A program made the translations under genes and the position numbers. A stretch of 64,000 bases of DNA. Source: Hemiscyllium ocellatum (taxonomy: Eukaryota). Positions 23,201 through 34,255 of the stretch are shown piece by piece (within the stretch, counting starts at the first letter, position 1; every line of letters starts with the position of its first letter). Under the pieces are notes generated by a model. The model was not told the DNA's origin, did no database searches, and worked only from the letters and a program-made list of their open reading frames with translations. Location: assembly GCF_020745735.1 (NCBI RefSeq), contig NC_083426.1:13144001-13208000 (forward strand), written 5' to 3'.

Positions 23201-23596
23201 TAGTCACCCTCAGGTTAAACTCACCATCAGAGCAGCTTCCGTGGCCTCCGGTGACTTTTCTTTTACTTATAGCCACAACAGTTACGTGGCTGATTCAGTT
23301 CAATTTCTCTTGATGGTGGAGGGTTCAATGCTGGCAATGTCATTCAATGTCAATTTTCATATTTTAGCGTCATGCCTCTGTTACATGTTCAAGTGTGAGT
23401 GTTATGTTTATTCCAGTCTGACAGGATAATGAAAGACACTGTCACTTATTCCAATGTGACCCTTCAGCCTTCTGCTCAAACAACGGAAGATTCTGGAACT
23501 TATGCTAACTTAAAGGATTTGAAAGAGCAAAAGGGTAGCATCAAAATCAATTCTTCGGAATCAGTGGAATATGCGGCATTGCAATTCAAATCTTAG
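11187..23596 (+). CDS. CD300/pIgR-like (CMRF35-like, MDIR-like) inhibitory receptor with two V-type Ig domains; 7 coding exons, 1059 nt, 352 aa
   Basis: join(11187-11226,15664-15987,16767-17087,18918-18951,19749-19867,21572-21612,23417-23596); all introns GT-AG; phases 1,1,1,2,1,0 match; no internal stop; SP-V-V-stalk-TM-ITIM architecture. Confidence 0.92.
11258..11710 (-). mobile_element. Second Penelope-like pLTR family fragment in receptor intron 1
   Basis: Minus strand reads ctgatgaaggagcgttgccctgaaagctagtgcttccaaataaacctgttggactataacctgg, a hammerhead-like core followed by a poly(A) signal. Confidence 0.65.
11905..11940 (-). ncRNA. Minimal type I hammerhead ribozyme motif (antisense copy)
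   Basis: Exact reverse complement of 12598-12633. Confidence 0.7.
12598..12633 (+). ncRNA. Minimal type I hammerhead ribozyme motif
   Basis: ATTC-CTGATGA-A-GGGC(ttat)GCCC-GAAA-C-GTC-GAAT; stem I ATTC/GAAT, stem II GGGC/GCCC, palindromic ACGT in place of helix III. Confidence 0.75.
13216..13408. mobile_element. Penelope-derived fold-back mini-element with a + strand hammerhead motif at 13332-13367 (CTGAAGA variant)
   Basis: Inverted arms; 14-bp TSD agaataatgttaaa at 13202-15 and 13409-22. Confidence 0.88.
13925..14072 (+). mobile_element. CR1 3' fragment joined to an oppositely oriented CR1 5' part
   Basis: gggctgccagaggaagtggtggaggctggtacaattacaacatttaaaaggcatctgg. Confidence 0.8.
14073..15500 (-). 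mobile_element. CR1 5' UTR plus ORF1 (SGNH/GDSL esterase-type), decayed, in receptor intron 1
   Basis: IVLGDSLVRG and WLRSWCMGEGFPFLDHWNLFWRGGDLYKKDGLHLNWKGTNIL, typical of CR1 ORF1 esterase domains. Confidence 0.88.
15664..15987 (+). CDS. Ig receptor exon 2, V-type Ig domain 1 (B-strand Cys replaced by Phe)
   Basis: Acceptor tttcacccaacag, donor G|gtaaga; GKSITVQFPW..MWCKSYSETKC..NTGTYWCG. Confidence 0.93.
16767..17087 (+). CDS. Ig receptor exon 3, V-type Ig domain 2
   Basis: Acceptor tttaccaacag, donor G|gtaaga; IIVSCLY..KFFCKVTSVNNC..KGRV..FTVTMSNITKADKGQYWCG; Cx7C C-C' pair. Confidence 0.95.
18918..18951 (+). CDS. Ig receptor exon 4, 34-nt stalk (V)GIPAISSDNL(S)
   Basis: Acceptor tttatttgcaacag, donor AG|gtaaga; supplies the phase 1 to 2 change needed between exons 3 and 5. 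Confidence 0.82.
19749..19867 (+). CDS. Ig receptor exon 5, transmembrane segment IIIPALLGLLILSLLILFLW followed by KRKGIKR
   Basis: Acceptor ttttcttttag, donor G|gtacgt; uncharged TM and basic stop-transfer cluster. Confidence 0.93.
21572..21612 (+). CDS. Ig receptor exon 6, cytoplasmic (V)KNENPETPDMTTK
   Basis: Acceptor tttattttacag, donor AAG|gtaaga; phase 1 to 0. Confidence 0.85.
22147..22421 (+). mobile_element. HE1-type tRNA-derived SINE
   Basis: gcagtacggtggctcagtggttagcactgc...ggttcgatt-like B box...gcttccacactgaagggattctatg. Confidence 0.88.
23417..23596 (+). CDS. Ig receptor exon 7, cytoplasmic tail with ITIMs VTYSNV and VEYAAL plus GTYANL; stop TAG
   Basis: Acceptor tttattccag, phase 0; matches ORF 23399-23596 of the track. 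Confidence 0.92.
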   Translation, partial: SDRIMKDTVTYSNVTLQPSAQTTEDSGTYANLKDLKEQKGSIKINSSESVEYAALQFKS

Positions 23597-24246
23597 AGCA
23601 ATTACCTTCTGGATTCAAAGACGACGCTCTATTTATTCCTTAAACCTTAATTTTAAAAATAGTCAGCAATTGGAATAGCACCAGAGAGAGAAATATTTTA
23701 TCTTCTGGGAGCAGACCACCAGACGGGGACTGCTATAAAGTCTGGTGTCAAACCCATCACCATTGGTATTTTACAAGCAGTAGAGTGGTGCCTGTAATGC
23801 TGCCTGGTTTGGAGACAAATAAGGGCCACAAAGTTAGAGTTCACAGCACAGAAAGAGGCCATTTGGCCCATTGTTGAGTGTTGCAGATGCAATCAGGTAT
23901 CTAATTCCGAAATCAAGCACTTGGCTCATAGCCTTGTTTGCAATTGTGTTAAATGATCATCTAATTACATCTAAATCCCACCTCTACCAAACTAAAGACT
24001 ATGATTTCCCAGATACCCACTACTATTAGCGAAGAGTTTTCTTTAAGCCCCGTCTAAATCTCCTGCTCCTTACCACAAATCTATGCCCTCTGATTATTGA
24101 CCCCTCTGCTACCTCCAATCTACGCTCCTCAATTTTATACAATCCAGTTCCTGCTCAGTCTTCTCTGCACAAAGGAAAACAGCCTACTTAGTCTTTCTTC
24201 ATAGCTCCAACCCAGGCAATAGTCTGGTGAATCCCCTCTACACCTT

Positions 24247-24461
24247 GCTGCAAATGTGTTGCTGGTCAAAGCACAGCAGGCCAGGCAGCATCTCAGGAAT
24301 AGAGAATTCGACGTTTCGAGCATAAGCCCTTCCTGATGAAGGGCTTATGCTCGAAACGTCGAATTCCCTATTCCTGAGATGCTGCCTGGCCTGCTGTGCT
24401 TTGACCAGCAACACATTTGCAGCTGTGATCTCCAGCATCTGCAGACCTCATTTTTTACCCT
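24247..24461. mobile_element. Penelope-derived near-perfect palindrome with a + strand hammerhead core at 24333-24364, inserted in a minus-strand CR1 remnant
   Basis: Arms of about 85 bp with a 5-nt loop ctgat; direct repeat tctacacctt at 24237-46 and 24462-71. Confidence 0.9.
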
Positions 24462-26077
24462 TCTACACCTTCTCTAGCGTTTTCATACCCTTCCAACACT
24501 GCAGTGACCCAAAACTGCACACACTATTCCTGTTGGGGCCTTGTTGATCTTTGACAGAGATCCAAAGTAACCTCCTTGCTCTTGTATTCTATACCTTGAT
24601 GTCTGGAGGTCTAATGCCTCCACCCATCCCTTCAATTATTCTCCCATGGCAAATCCTGCCGGCCTTGCACTGGATGAGGTGGGCAGACATTCTGTACAGG
24701 CAACGTATGCTCAACAGAGCAACTCCCACTCCCTTCCCACTCCAATTGCTTTCTTCCCTCAGTGATTCCATGTCCTCTACAGAGCACTGACCCAGTCAAA
24801 ACCCTCATTCAGTTCTTCAATCTGATCCTTGACTCCACAATCTTGGGAACTGCCTCCAGTCCCAGCAATGGCTACAGCCTGTGGTAACCCAACTTGGACT
24901 AAAGAGCTGCCAACATTCTGACTAGTCAACAGCTCTCAAAATGGATGACTTCCTCCTCAGGTAGAGAAGGAATCTCACTGAGCTGATCACCAGTCATGAA
25001 ATCACTTTACGGCAATCTAAAAGAGGGCTCATCCAACATTTAAGATGTGACCACAAATTCAAAACTAAATTCCACCCAAGATTCAGTTCAGGTAATTGGT
25101 CTGAAACACTAAGTACCATCTTTCCAACTGCTGTAGCACTGACCTACATTTGCTTGTCATCAGTCTAAATATATAGTTTTTTCAGACATTACAAAATCAC
25201 TTATTAAATAGTAAATGAAATCTATGGCAGATCGATCAAAATCCCGTTTTCAACTGAGTCTCAATGTACTTTGAGACCTCACTTGATTTTCCTCTGCACT
25301 CTGCACCTTCCAAGAGGGTAGGTTAATGTCCCAATAGTTTGAAGTGCTGCAAATGGAAGTACAGAGAAGCAGTCCACTGTTCCCTTTCTTCATGTGCAAG
25401 AACATCCTCAGATCAATGGCTTCCTTTGCTGATAAACTGAGATCAGCATGTGAAGAATTACAGCTTCGAAATCCATGATGCTCCTGCAGAGAATTAAAGA
25501 TTCATCGGTTCTACTTCAAGCTGCGATTCCATCTCAAATATTATGTTAATTTGCTTTCTACCTTTGAGTGTGCTGCTTGGAAACATTGCTGATGCCTTGG
25601 AACTATATAGTATATATAGCTAAACCAATGTTAATACACAAGAATGCCAGCACTTACAATAGCAAGTTCAATGAAAGCCTAAACAAGAATGGTGTTTTAA
25701 ACAGCAGGGATTCTTTGTACTATGCAATTTTCGCCAAGTAATTCCTGCATTTTGTTTTATTGATTTCCAGCAACTGCACTTTCATTTCTACTAAATGTAA
25801 TGTGCAATTTCATTTGTTAATCAGATAGAACTCCATACAAAAACAATATTAAAAAATATTTTCCCCAAGTTATCACATATCAAAATAATGGACTGTGCAA
25901 TCAAGATCATTTTCATAGGTAAAAACAATTTTTAAAAATTGTTCATGAAAATGATCTTGATTGCACAGTCCATTATTGTGATATAGTATAACTTGGGGAA
26001 ATATGTTTAAATGAACCGTGTGCGTCATTTTCTTTGCACTTATTTTTATGCATAGCAGGGATTCATTGAGGCATCTT

Positions 26078-26479
26078 AACCAGCATGGTTCAAAGCAGTT
26101 TATCAAATCAGTCAAGGACTTTGGAAGCCTTTCCAACTCTGGCTAAGCCTTGTTTCTGTAACAGAGGAACTGGCTGAAAATAGTTCAGCGATAGTCTCTA
26201 CAACAGCTGGGATACTACAAACACCTAGCCAAATAATCAGACCAGCTTCTGTAGGATCTAGTTAGAAATTCAAGGCATATGATATTTTTTCCTCAATCAT
26301 TTATTGGATGGGAGTGTTGTTGACAAAGCCAGTATTTATTACCCATCCCTAATTGCCCAGAAGGCAGTTAAAAATCAATCACATTGCTGTGTGTCTGGAG
26401 TCACATATAGGTCAGACCAAGTAAGGGCGGTAAATTACTGGACCTCCAAAAGTGAAGCAGATGGATTTTTACAACAATC
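26078..26479. repeat. 402-bp direct duplication, copy 1 (includes a minus-strand SINE 3' part)
   Basis: Aligns to 27911-28312 at a constant offset of 1833. Confidence 0.92.
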
Positions 26480-26602
26480 AACGGTGATAAGGATAGCTTT
26501 GATTTTTTTTTTAATCCCATTACAACTCATGCCTCCTGAACATTATCCTGGTATCTGGGTTAGCAATCCAGTCAAATGACCACGACACCACCTCCTCCCC
26601 AT

Positions 26603-27818
26603 CTGACAGAACATAGAACTCTACAGTGCAGTACAGGCCCTTCAGCCCTCGATGTTGCACCGTCGGATGAAATGAATCCAAAGTCCATCTATCCTACACT
26701 ATTCCATTCTGTTCATATGTTTATCCAATGACCATTTAAATGACCTTAAAGTTGGCGAGTCTATTACTGTTGCAGGCAGTGCATTCCACGCCCTACTACT
26801 CTCTGAGTAAACAAACTACCTCTGATATCTGTCCTATAATTATCACCCCTTAATTTAAAGTTACATCCCCTAATGCTAGCCATCATCATCCAAGGAAAAA
26901 GGCTCTCACTGTCCACTCTATCTAACCCTCTGAATATCTTATATGTCTCAATTAAGTTACCTCTCAACCTTCTTCTCTCGAATGAAAACAGTCAAGTCTC
27001 TCAGCATTTCCTCATAAGACCTTCCCTCTATACCAGGCAACATCTTAGTAAATCTCCTCTGAAACTTTTCCAGAACTTCCACATCCTTCCTATAATGCAG
27101 TGACCAGAACTGTACACAATACTCCAAGTGCAGCCACACCAGAGTTTTGTATAGTTGCAGCATGACCTCATGGCTCCAAAACTCAATCCCTCTACCAATA
27201 AAAGCTAACATACCATATGCCTTCTTAACAACCCGATCAACCTGGGTGGCAACTTTCCAAGGATCTACGTAGATGGACACCAATATCTTTCTGCTCACCT
27301 ACACTAGCAAGAATCTTACCATTAGCCCAGGACACTGCATTCCTGTTACTCCTTCCAGAGTGAATCACCTCACACTTTTCCACATTAAACTTCATTTACC
27401 ACCTTTTAGCCCAGTTCTGCAGCTTATCTATGTCCCTCTGTAACCTACAACATCCTTCATCATTATCCACAACTCTACTGACCTTAGTGTCATCTGCAAA
27501 TTTACTAATCCATCCTTCTCCACCTTCATCCACGTCATTTATAAAAATGACAACAGCAATGGCCCCAAAACACATCCTTGCGGTACACCACCAGTAACTG
27601 AACTCCAAGATGAATACTCCCCATTAATTACCACACTCTGTCTTCTTTCAGCTAGCCAATTTCTGATCCAAACCGCTAGATCACCCTCAATCCCATACTC
27701 CATATTTTCTGCAATAGCCTACCGCAGGAAACCTTCTCAAACACCTTACTGAATTCCATGTATGCCACATCAACTGCTTTATCCTCATCCACCTGTTTGG
27801 CCGCCTTCTCAAAGAAAC
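26603..27818 (-). mobile_element. CR1 LINE 3' part (RT plus 3' UTR)
   Basis: ISKFADDTKV..CCRLQRDIDKLQNWA; LHLEYCVQFWS; RGNLIETYKIFRGLDRVD. Confidence 0.93.
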
Positions 27819-27910
27819 ATTTTGGGATGATAAAATGATTTTGTGATATTGTGGAGGTGACCAGAGAGCATTACATACTAGACCTGGTATTGCACAGACA
27901 GGATTAACTC

Positions 27911-28312
27911 AACCAGCATGGTTCAAAGCAGTTTATCAAATCAGTCAAGGACTTTGGAAGCCTTTCCAACTCTGGCTAAGCCTTGTTTCTGTAACAGAGG
28001 AACTGGCTGAAAATAGTTGAGCGATAGTCTCTACAACAGCTGAGATACTACAAACACCTTGCCAAGTAAACATACAAGCTTCTGTAGGATCTAGTTAGAA
28101 ATTCAAGGCACATGACTTTTTTTCCTCAATCATTCATTGGATGGGAGTGTTGTTGACAAAGCCAGTATTTATTGCCCATCCCCAATTGCCCAGAAGGCAG
28201 TTAAAAATCAATCACATTGCTGTGTGTCTGGAGTCACATATAGGTCAGACCAAGTAAGGGTGGTAAATCACTGGACCTCCAAAAGTGAAGCAGATGGATT
28301 TTTACAACAATC
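27911..28312. repeat. 402-bp direct duplication, copy 2
   Basis: See copy 1; ORFs 26304 and 28137 of the track share their N-terminal half for this reason. Confidence 0.92.
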
Positions 28313-28389
28313 GAAGGTATCCTTAGGTTGTGGCACCCATAATATGACTGAATTCTACATTCAAACTGAGGGAAAAAGGAGTAGGTCCA

Positions 28390-30450
28390 AGACTTTTTTT
28401 TAATCAAAGAGAATTCTGAGGGCATGAAAGCACAGCTGGCTAAACAAATTGACAGATTAGGTTCAAGAGCAGGTCAACGCAGATGCAGCAACAGACATTT
28501 CAGAGGGTATGTCAGAATCTACAGAATATAAACAGACCAGCCATAAGAAAAGTTCAAATGGAGGGACTTACTATTTGAGATGGATTAGAAATGTATAGAT
28601 AGGATCAAATTAAAAGAAAAGGCATGAAAAAAGGGATGTTTGATCAGAAGATTGGACAGAGTATGAAAACGTGAGCAAATTACCAAAATAATAACGAAAT
28701 GGAAAAATTACAGAGAAAGCTAGCGAGAAATATAAAAACAGATGCAAGTTTCTACAAATATTTAAACGGAGAATAACAAACAAATTGAGGTTTGGTCTTA
28801 TTGAAAGCAAATCTAAAGAATTATTAATGGAAAATAAAGAAATAACAAATGAATAGAGCAAGTATTTTGCATCAGTCTTCAGTAAACAGGGTATAAATAA
28901 CATTTCAGATGCAGCACCAATTCAGAAAATGGCAAGAATGGAGGAACTAAGGAAAATCACAGTCACCAAGGTTTGTATTCAGCAAAGTGTTGAAGCTGCA
29001 GGTGACAAGTGCTGAGGAACTATCAAATGGCTTTAAAAGGAATTGCTCGCAAGATAACCAAAATACTAGATTTAATTTTCCAAAACTCTCTTAATTCAGG
29101 GTCAGTCTCAGTAGATTTGAAGGTAGTAAATATAATTATTCAAAAAGAGAAGAAAGACAGAAAACATGAAATTATAGCAAGCTAGCTTAACTTTTGTCGT
29201 GGGGACAATGTTACAAGACATTAGAAATCACCGAAAACGTAGAACATGGGATCAAGAATAAGTTATTCAGCCAGTGTGTGCAGTCCACCATTCAAAACAA
29301 TCATAAATTAATACCAATTGTATGCTTTCTCACCATACTCCTTAAATACAGCTGGGGCCCCAAGTATTTAATCTTGTGGTATATCATTTATTAATGCCTT
29401 GCAGCCTGAAAATGACCCATTTGTTCTAACTTTGTTTCCTGTCTGATAAATCAAAGCCTGAATTAAGAATTGGTATACACTATAACCTCTGTGGTGGGAC
29501 TTTGTCAAAGGCTTTCTGAACATCAAATGCACAACATCTGTTGCTTCTCCAGCTAGACTTCTAGATACTTTGTCAGAAAAAACTCTAGGTTTGTCCAGTA
29601 TGATTTCCCTTTCATAGATCCATGATGATTTAATGTGACCCAGTTGGTACTTTTTAAGAAGGAAAAAGGAGCATATAATATAATGAAGCCAGATTGCAGA
29701 GCTCAGATGCAGAGGAATCTGGGTGCCCTCATGCACAATTAGCAATAAGTTAACTTGCAGGAACAACAAGTAATTAGGAACCCTAACGCAACGTGGTCAT
29801 GTATTGCAAAGGGAATAGAACACAACAGTAGGGATTTTAGGCTGCGGTTATATATGGCACTGCCGAGGCTGCATCTGGAGTACCTTGCACCACCTCAGTC
29901 AATTTATTTAAGGGTGTAAATGCTTTGGTTGTATTTCTAAGCAGGCTTAGTGGCAGGGTGAGAGTATTAGGAGGAAAGGCTAGGTGAAAATGTGTTGCTG
30001 GTTAAAGCACAGCAGGTTAGGCAGCATCCAGATGCTGCCTAACCTGCTGTGCTTTAACCAGCAACACATTTTCAGCTGTGATCTCCAGCATCTGCAGACC
30101 TCATTTTTTACGGAAAGGCTAGGTGAGGCAAGGCTTGCATTCACTAAATTTCACAAGAGGAAGGTGACTTAATTGAAACATCAACCCTGGGACATTTCAG
30201 ATGGAGAGGGAAGATTTGCTCTTATGGGAGAATCTAGCACTAGAAGTCAGTTTAAAAATCTGAGTCGAGTCAATAAAATTTCCTGAAGGTCACAAGATGG
30301 TGGAAGGAAGGTCCTTGAATATTTAAAGCAAAGACAGACATTCCTGTTAAGCAAGGGAGTGAAATATTAGATAGGCATGCGGATTTGGGGTTAAAAGATC
30401 AACCATGAACTTATTTGATTGCAGCGTAGGTTTGAAAAGCTGAAAGTCCT
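28390..30450. mobile_element. Old CR1 ORF2 remnants, mostly + strand with an inverted block at about 29330-29690
   Basis: Degenerate matches to the CR1 copy at 7280-10030, e.g. agcaagtattttgcatcagtcttc and gcagaggaatctgggtgccctc. Confidence 0.7.
29988..30111. mobile_element. Penelope-derived 124-bp fold-back mini-element lacking the ribozyme
   Basis: Perfect arms around a ca loop; 15-bp TSD ggaaaggctaggtga at 29973-87 and 30112-26. Confidence 0.9.
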
Positions 30451-30852
30451 GCTCCTGCTTTTAACTTGTTTCTTCTGCATGCCTCCTGTTTCTGTTTCCT
30501 CACTAAAGATGATATATCCATTATAAAAATGGACCAAAACTGGTCTTCTGAGTTTTCAAAAGGAGTGTATTTAAACTTCATTTGAAATGTCTTCAAATTG
30601 CATGATTAGTGCATTTAGACATGAAGTAAAAACTTTGCATTTTTATCACACTTTAAGGACCTGGGAACAATGATACTATTTCGAATTACAGCTGCTGTTG
30701 TAAAGCCTCCTCAAACTGCTACACGATAACAACCAAATAATCATTTTCGGCAAGATTCATTAACCAATAATATTAGTCACGCCACTCAACTACTCTTCTT
30801 TGAAGTTGTACATCGTAAGAGCGCAGGGTAAAAATTTGACTGAACAATTTTG

Positions 30853-31185
30853 AGAGTGTGGTGCTGGAAAAGCACAGCGGGTCAGGCAGCATCCAAGGAG
30901 CAGGAGAATTGAAGTTTTGGGCATAAGCCCTTCATCAGGAATAAGGCTTGTGGGCTGGGGGTCTGACAGATTAAATGGGAGGGGGATGGGACTGGGGCTG
31001 GGGTAGCTGAGCATGCAATATGTAGATGAAGGTGGGGGAAGAAGGTGATGAGTCGGAGAGGAGGGTGGAGCGGATAGATGGGAAAGACGATGGAGGGAGG
31101 GCAAATGAGGAAACTGGTCAAATCCACATTGATCTCGTGTAGTTGCAGGGTCCCAAGGTGGAAGATGAGGCATTCTTCCTTCAGG
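30853..31185 (-). mobile_element. Penelope-like 3' end/pLTR fragment with a degenerate hammerhead (GAAA changed to AAAA)
   Basis: Homologous to the ends at 12400-12690 and 40360-40690. Confidence 0.8.
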
Positions 31186-32339
31186 TATCCAGCAGTTAGG
31201 GTTTAGCGCTGGACAATTTTAATATCTGTTAGAATGTTTCTGTTATCAAACCTTGTTTTGCACAAAATCATGAAATATCCTAACTTCCCAAGACAGAATC
31301 AAGAAAAGTCTTCCATCTTTAAAAATGAGCTAAAGTATCAATTCAATAAAATCATTTCTAATGCATTACAGAACACTTATATACTTTACAACATCGTTTG
31401 TTTCATTGCAAGTAACAAAGCTCAACTAAAATTGCACACTAAATGTATAGTTTTGTATACGTTAGATGTACCGCTTACACAAGTAGTTTGACTTTTCTAA
31501 CTTTGTGCTCAAACATTCAAAAAACTCATTTGAAGAGGCTAATATTCTTTCACACTTCAAAAAAATGGACCAACTGTCGCTGAGTCAAAATCTTGGAATT
31601 CCCTCCCAGAGGGCACTGTAGGTCAACCGACAGCAGGTGGACTGCAGCGGTTCAAGGTGGCAGCTCACCACCACCTTCTCAAGGGTAACTAGGGACGGGC
31701 AATAAAATAGTGGCCAGCCAGTGATGTCCTCGTCCCATAAGTGTCTCAGATTGTAGAAATATTGCTAGGACAAGCGAGAACAAATTACCACCAAATAACA
31801 TTGGTTCCACCGGCCTATCTTTTCCTTCAAGTAGTTTTAAAAGAACTAATTCAAATGAGACACCCAGTTCTCAGTGTAGCAAGTTGGAACTTAAAGTAGA
31901 AATTAAATAAAATTATGAATAAGGGAAATTACATTCACTTCTTAAACAAATCTCAGCAAAATTGATAAGGGTTTTAAAACTAGGAGGAACTTTAATGTTT
32001 ATGCGGAGGTGATGGATGGGGAAGTATGGAGTCATGGAATCTTATCACACAAGATGGCAGACTATATGTCCAGAAATTATATTTTTTTAAAAACTGGAGT
32101 AAAACAATAATTAAAACGTCTTTTAAAAATTGGATATGGCTCATAACTAAATTCTAAGTTACGTGTGATTTGGGATGCAATTTTACGACATTAATGTTTT
32201 TGCTCGCGAGAGGTTTTTAAACTTTATTAACTACAGATCTACTCTGTGCAAAATGATTTTTTAAAAGTCCATTTATCTAACATTAGATAGCTTCATGGAG
32301 AGATATAAATAAATACTGCAAATTCTCCAGGGGTAAAGT

Positions 32340-34255
32340 GCAAAAGTAATTGAAGTGGAAACAAACTGACAAGATGATTTGGAGAGGAACGAAGAATGTT
32401 ATTGCAGACTGCTGGTACTCTCACTTGTGACACCAAAACGATTAACACAGCATTTAGGAAGTTCTACTCTGAGCTGCACAGGTCAGAGAACTATAAGGAC
32501 AGATTGGTGAAGATGGAGTCCTTTTTTAAAACCCTGGACCTCCCAGGTGTAACTTCAGACCGTGTCGCTTTTGAATGCCCTCTGACAATTGAAGGAATAC
32601 TGGAGGCGGTGAGGCATCTCCAGAGTGGTAAAGTACCCAGCCCAAACAGATTTCAAAGTGAGTTTTACAAGGAGTTTATAAACATGCTGGCCGGGCCACT
32701 GTTGGATATGTACAATTACTCATACAGTCAGGACTACCTCCCAACCTCTCGGAGAGAAGCAAATATTTCTCTTATTGTCAAGCCTCAGAAGATTATACTT
32801 CGTACAGGCCCATATGGTTATTGAACATGGATTTTAAAATTTTGTCAAAAATGCTGGCGTTGAAGTTGGAGAGCGTTTTATCCTTCTTCATAAAAGGAGG
32901 ACCAGACAGGTTTTATTAAGGGTCACATGTCTTCTAATAATATTAGAAGAGTATTAAACATGTCCCAGGTACATATACCAGCAAGGGTCAATTCTGGGCT
33001 TGGTAGTCTCCCTGGGTGCAGAGAAGGCGTTTGACCGAGTGGAGTGGCTGTACCTCTTTTATGTACTGGAGCTGTTTTTGCCAGGTGGTGGCAGTATGAT
33101 ATAGTGACCCGAAAACAGCATTCTCACTAATGGTACGTGGTCTGACAATTTTAGTACTGGTAGAAGTAACTGACAAGGCTTTCACTGCTACTATTTACAT
33201 TGTTGATTGAGCCATTGGCAGAGACCCCAGTATAACTACCCCAGAGGTAAGATCAGGCAGGCATAAGATCATCCTTTATGCAGATGACATCCTTCACTTT
33301 TTAACTGATTCGATGATATCTGAGCCCTGGTTAATACGAATGATTGAGTTATTTGGTTCTTTCTTGGGATATAAAATCAATTTCCTGAAGTCGGAGGCCA
33401 TGCCTGTGGGGAGCTTTATCAGAATATCTGAACTTGTGGGTGGAACTCATTTCCCTTTCAGGTGGTCACTGGGAGGTTTCTTGCATTTAGGTATTTTTAT
33501 CACCCCACCCTTCGATCAATTATATAAGGCTACCTTTGTGCAGTAGCTACAGAAGATAAGACAGGACCTTCAGTGCTGGGAGGATCTTCCGCTAGCCTAG
33601 TTGGGTAGAATAGCTCTAGTCTAAATGAATGTACTCTATCATTTATTATAGCCCATGCAAATGCTCCCTTTGATGCTGCCCAGGCAACCGCTATGGAGGC
33701 TTAATAGTTGGCTCGAATTTTCATCTGGCATTATAGGCGGCCTCTTATGAAGCTTGCAAATTGCAGCTCCATGGTGTAGGTAAGTTTTGGAGCACATCCC
33801 CCTGGACTTCCTTAAGAGTATGGTACACCAGAAAATGGAGCTTTTTCTGGCCTTATATAGATACAGACCTGTTGGCTATATTGGTTGGAGCCTTTATGTA
33901 GTCATGAGGGCTACGTCTGGCAGGCCAGTTCCTCCTGGGAGGAAGAATTCCGAACAAATACAGGTAAGCCTACTGATGCTCCTGGTGTTGGAGAGCTTTG
34001 CTGGGAGTGCGCTAAGTCCAGTAACTTAATGTAATTTAATTTGCCTTAGTTCAACTCAGTTTAATTTAGTTTTTTTTTAAAGTTACTTATTGAATTGTAG
34101 TTGCATAGATTTGTTTTTCTCTCTCAGTGCTTTGTGGAGTAGTTTGTTTACTGTTATCATTGTTAGAATAGAAGATTATTATACTGCTTTGTAGTGATTT
34201 TGTAAATTTTGTAACAAATTTAAAATCTTCTCAATAAAAATATTTACAAAAGTTG
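32340..34255 (+). mobile_element. L1/Tx1-like LINE, decayed ORF2 RT and 3' end
   Basis: LQSGKVPSPNRFQSEFYKEF..L..PLLDMYN..LPTS..EANISLIVK; ILYADDI at about 33270-33290; T-rich 3' UTR ending aataaaaatatttacaaaa. Confidence 0.88.

Noticed and set aside
25250-25483. 77-codon open frame after a good minus-strand acceptor (tctttaattctctgcag)
   Set aside because: No recognisable homology and no partner exons; a frame this long is expected by chance somewhere in 64 kb.
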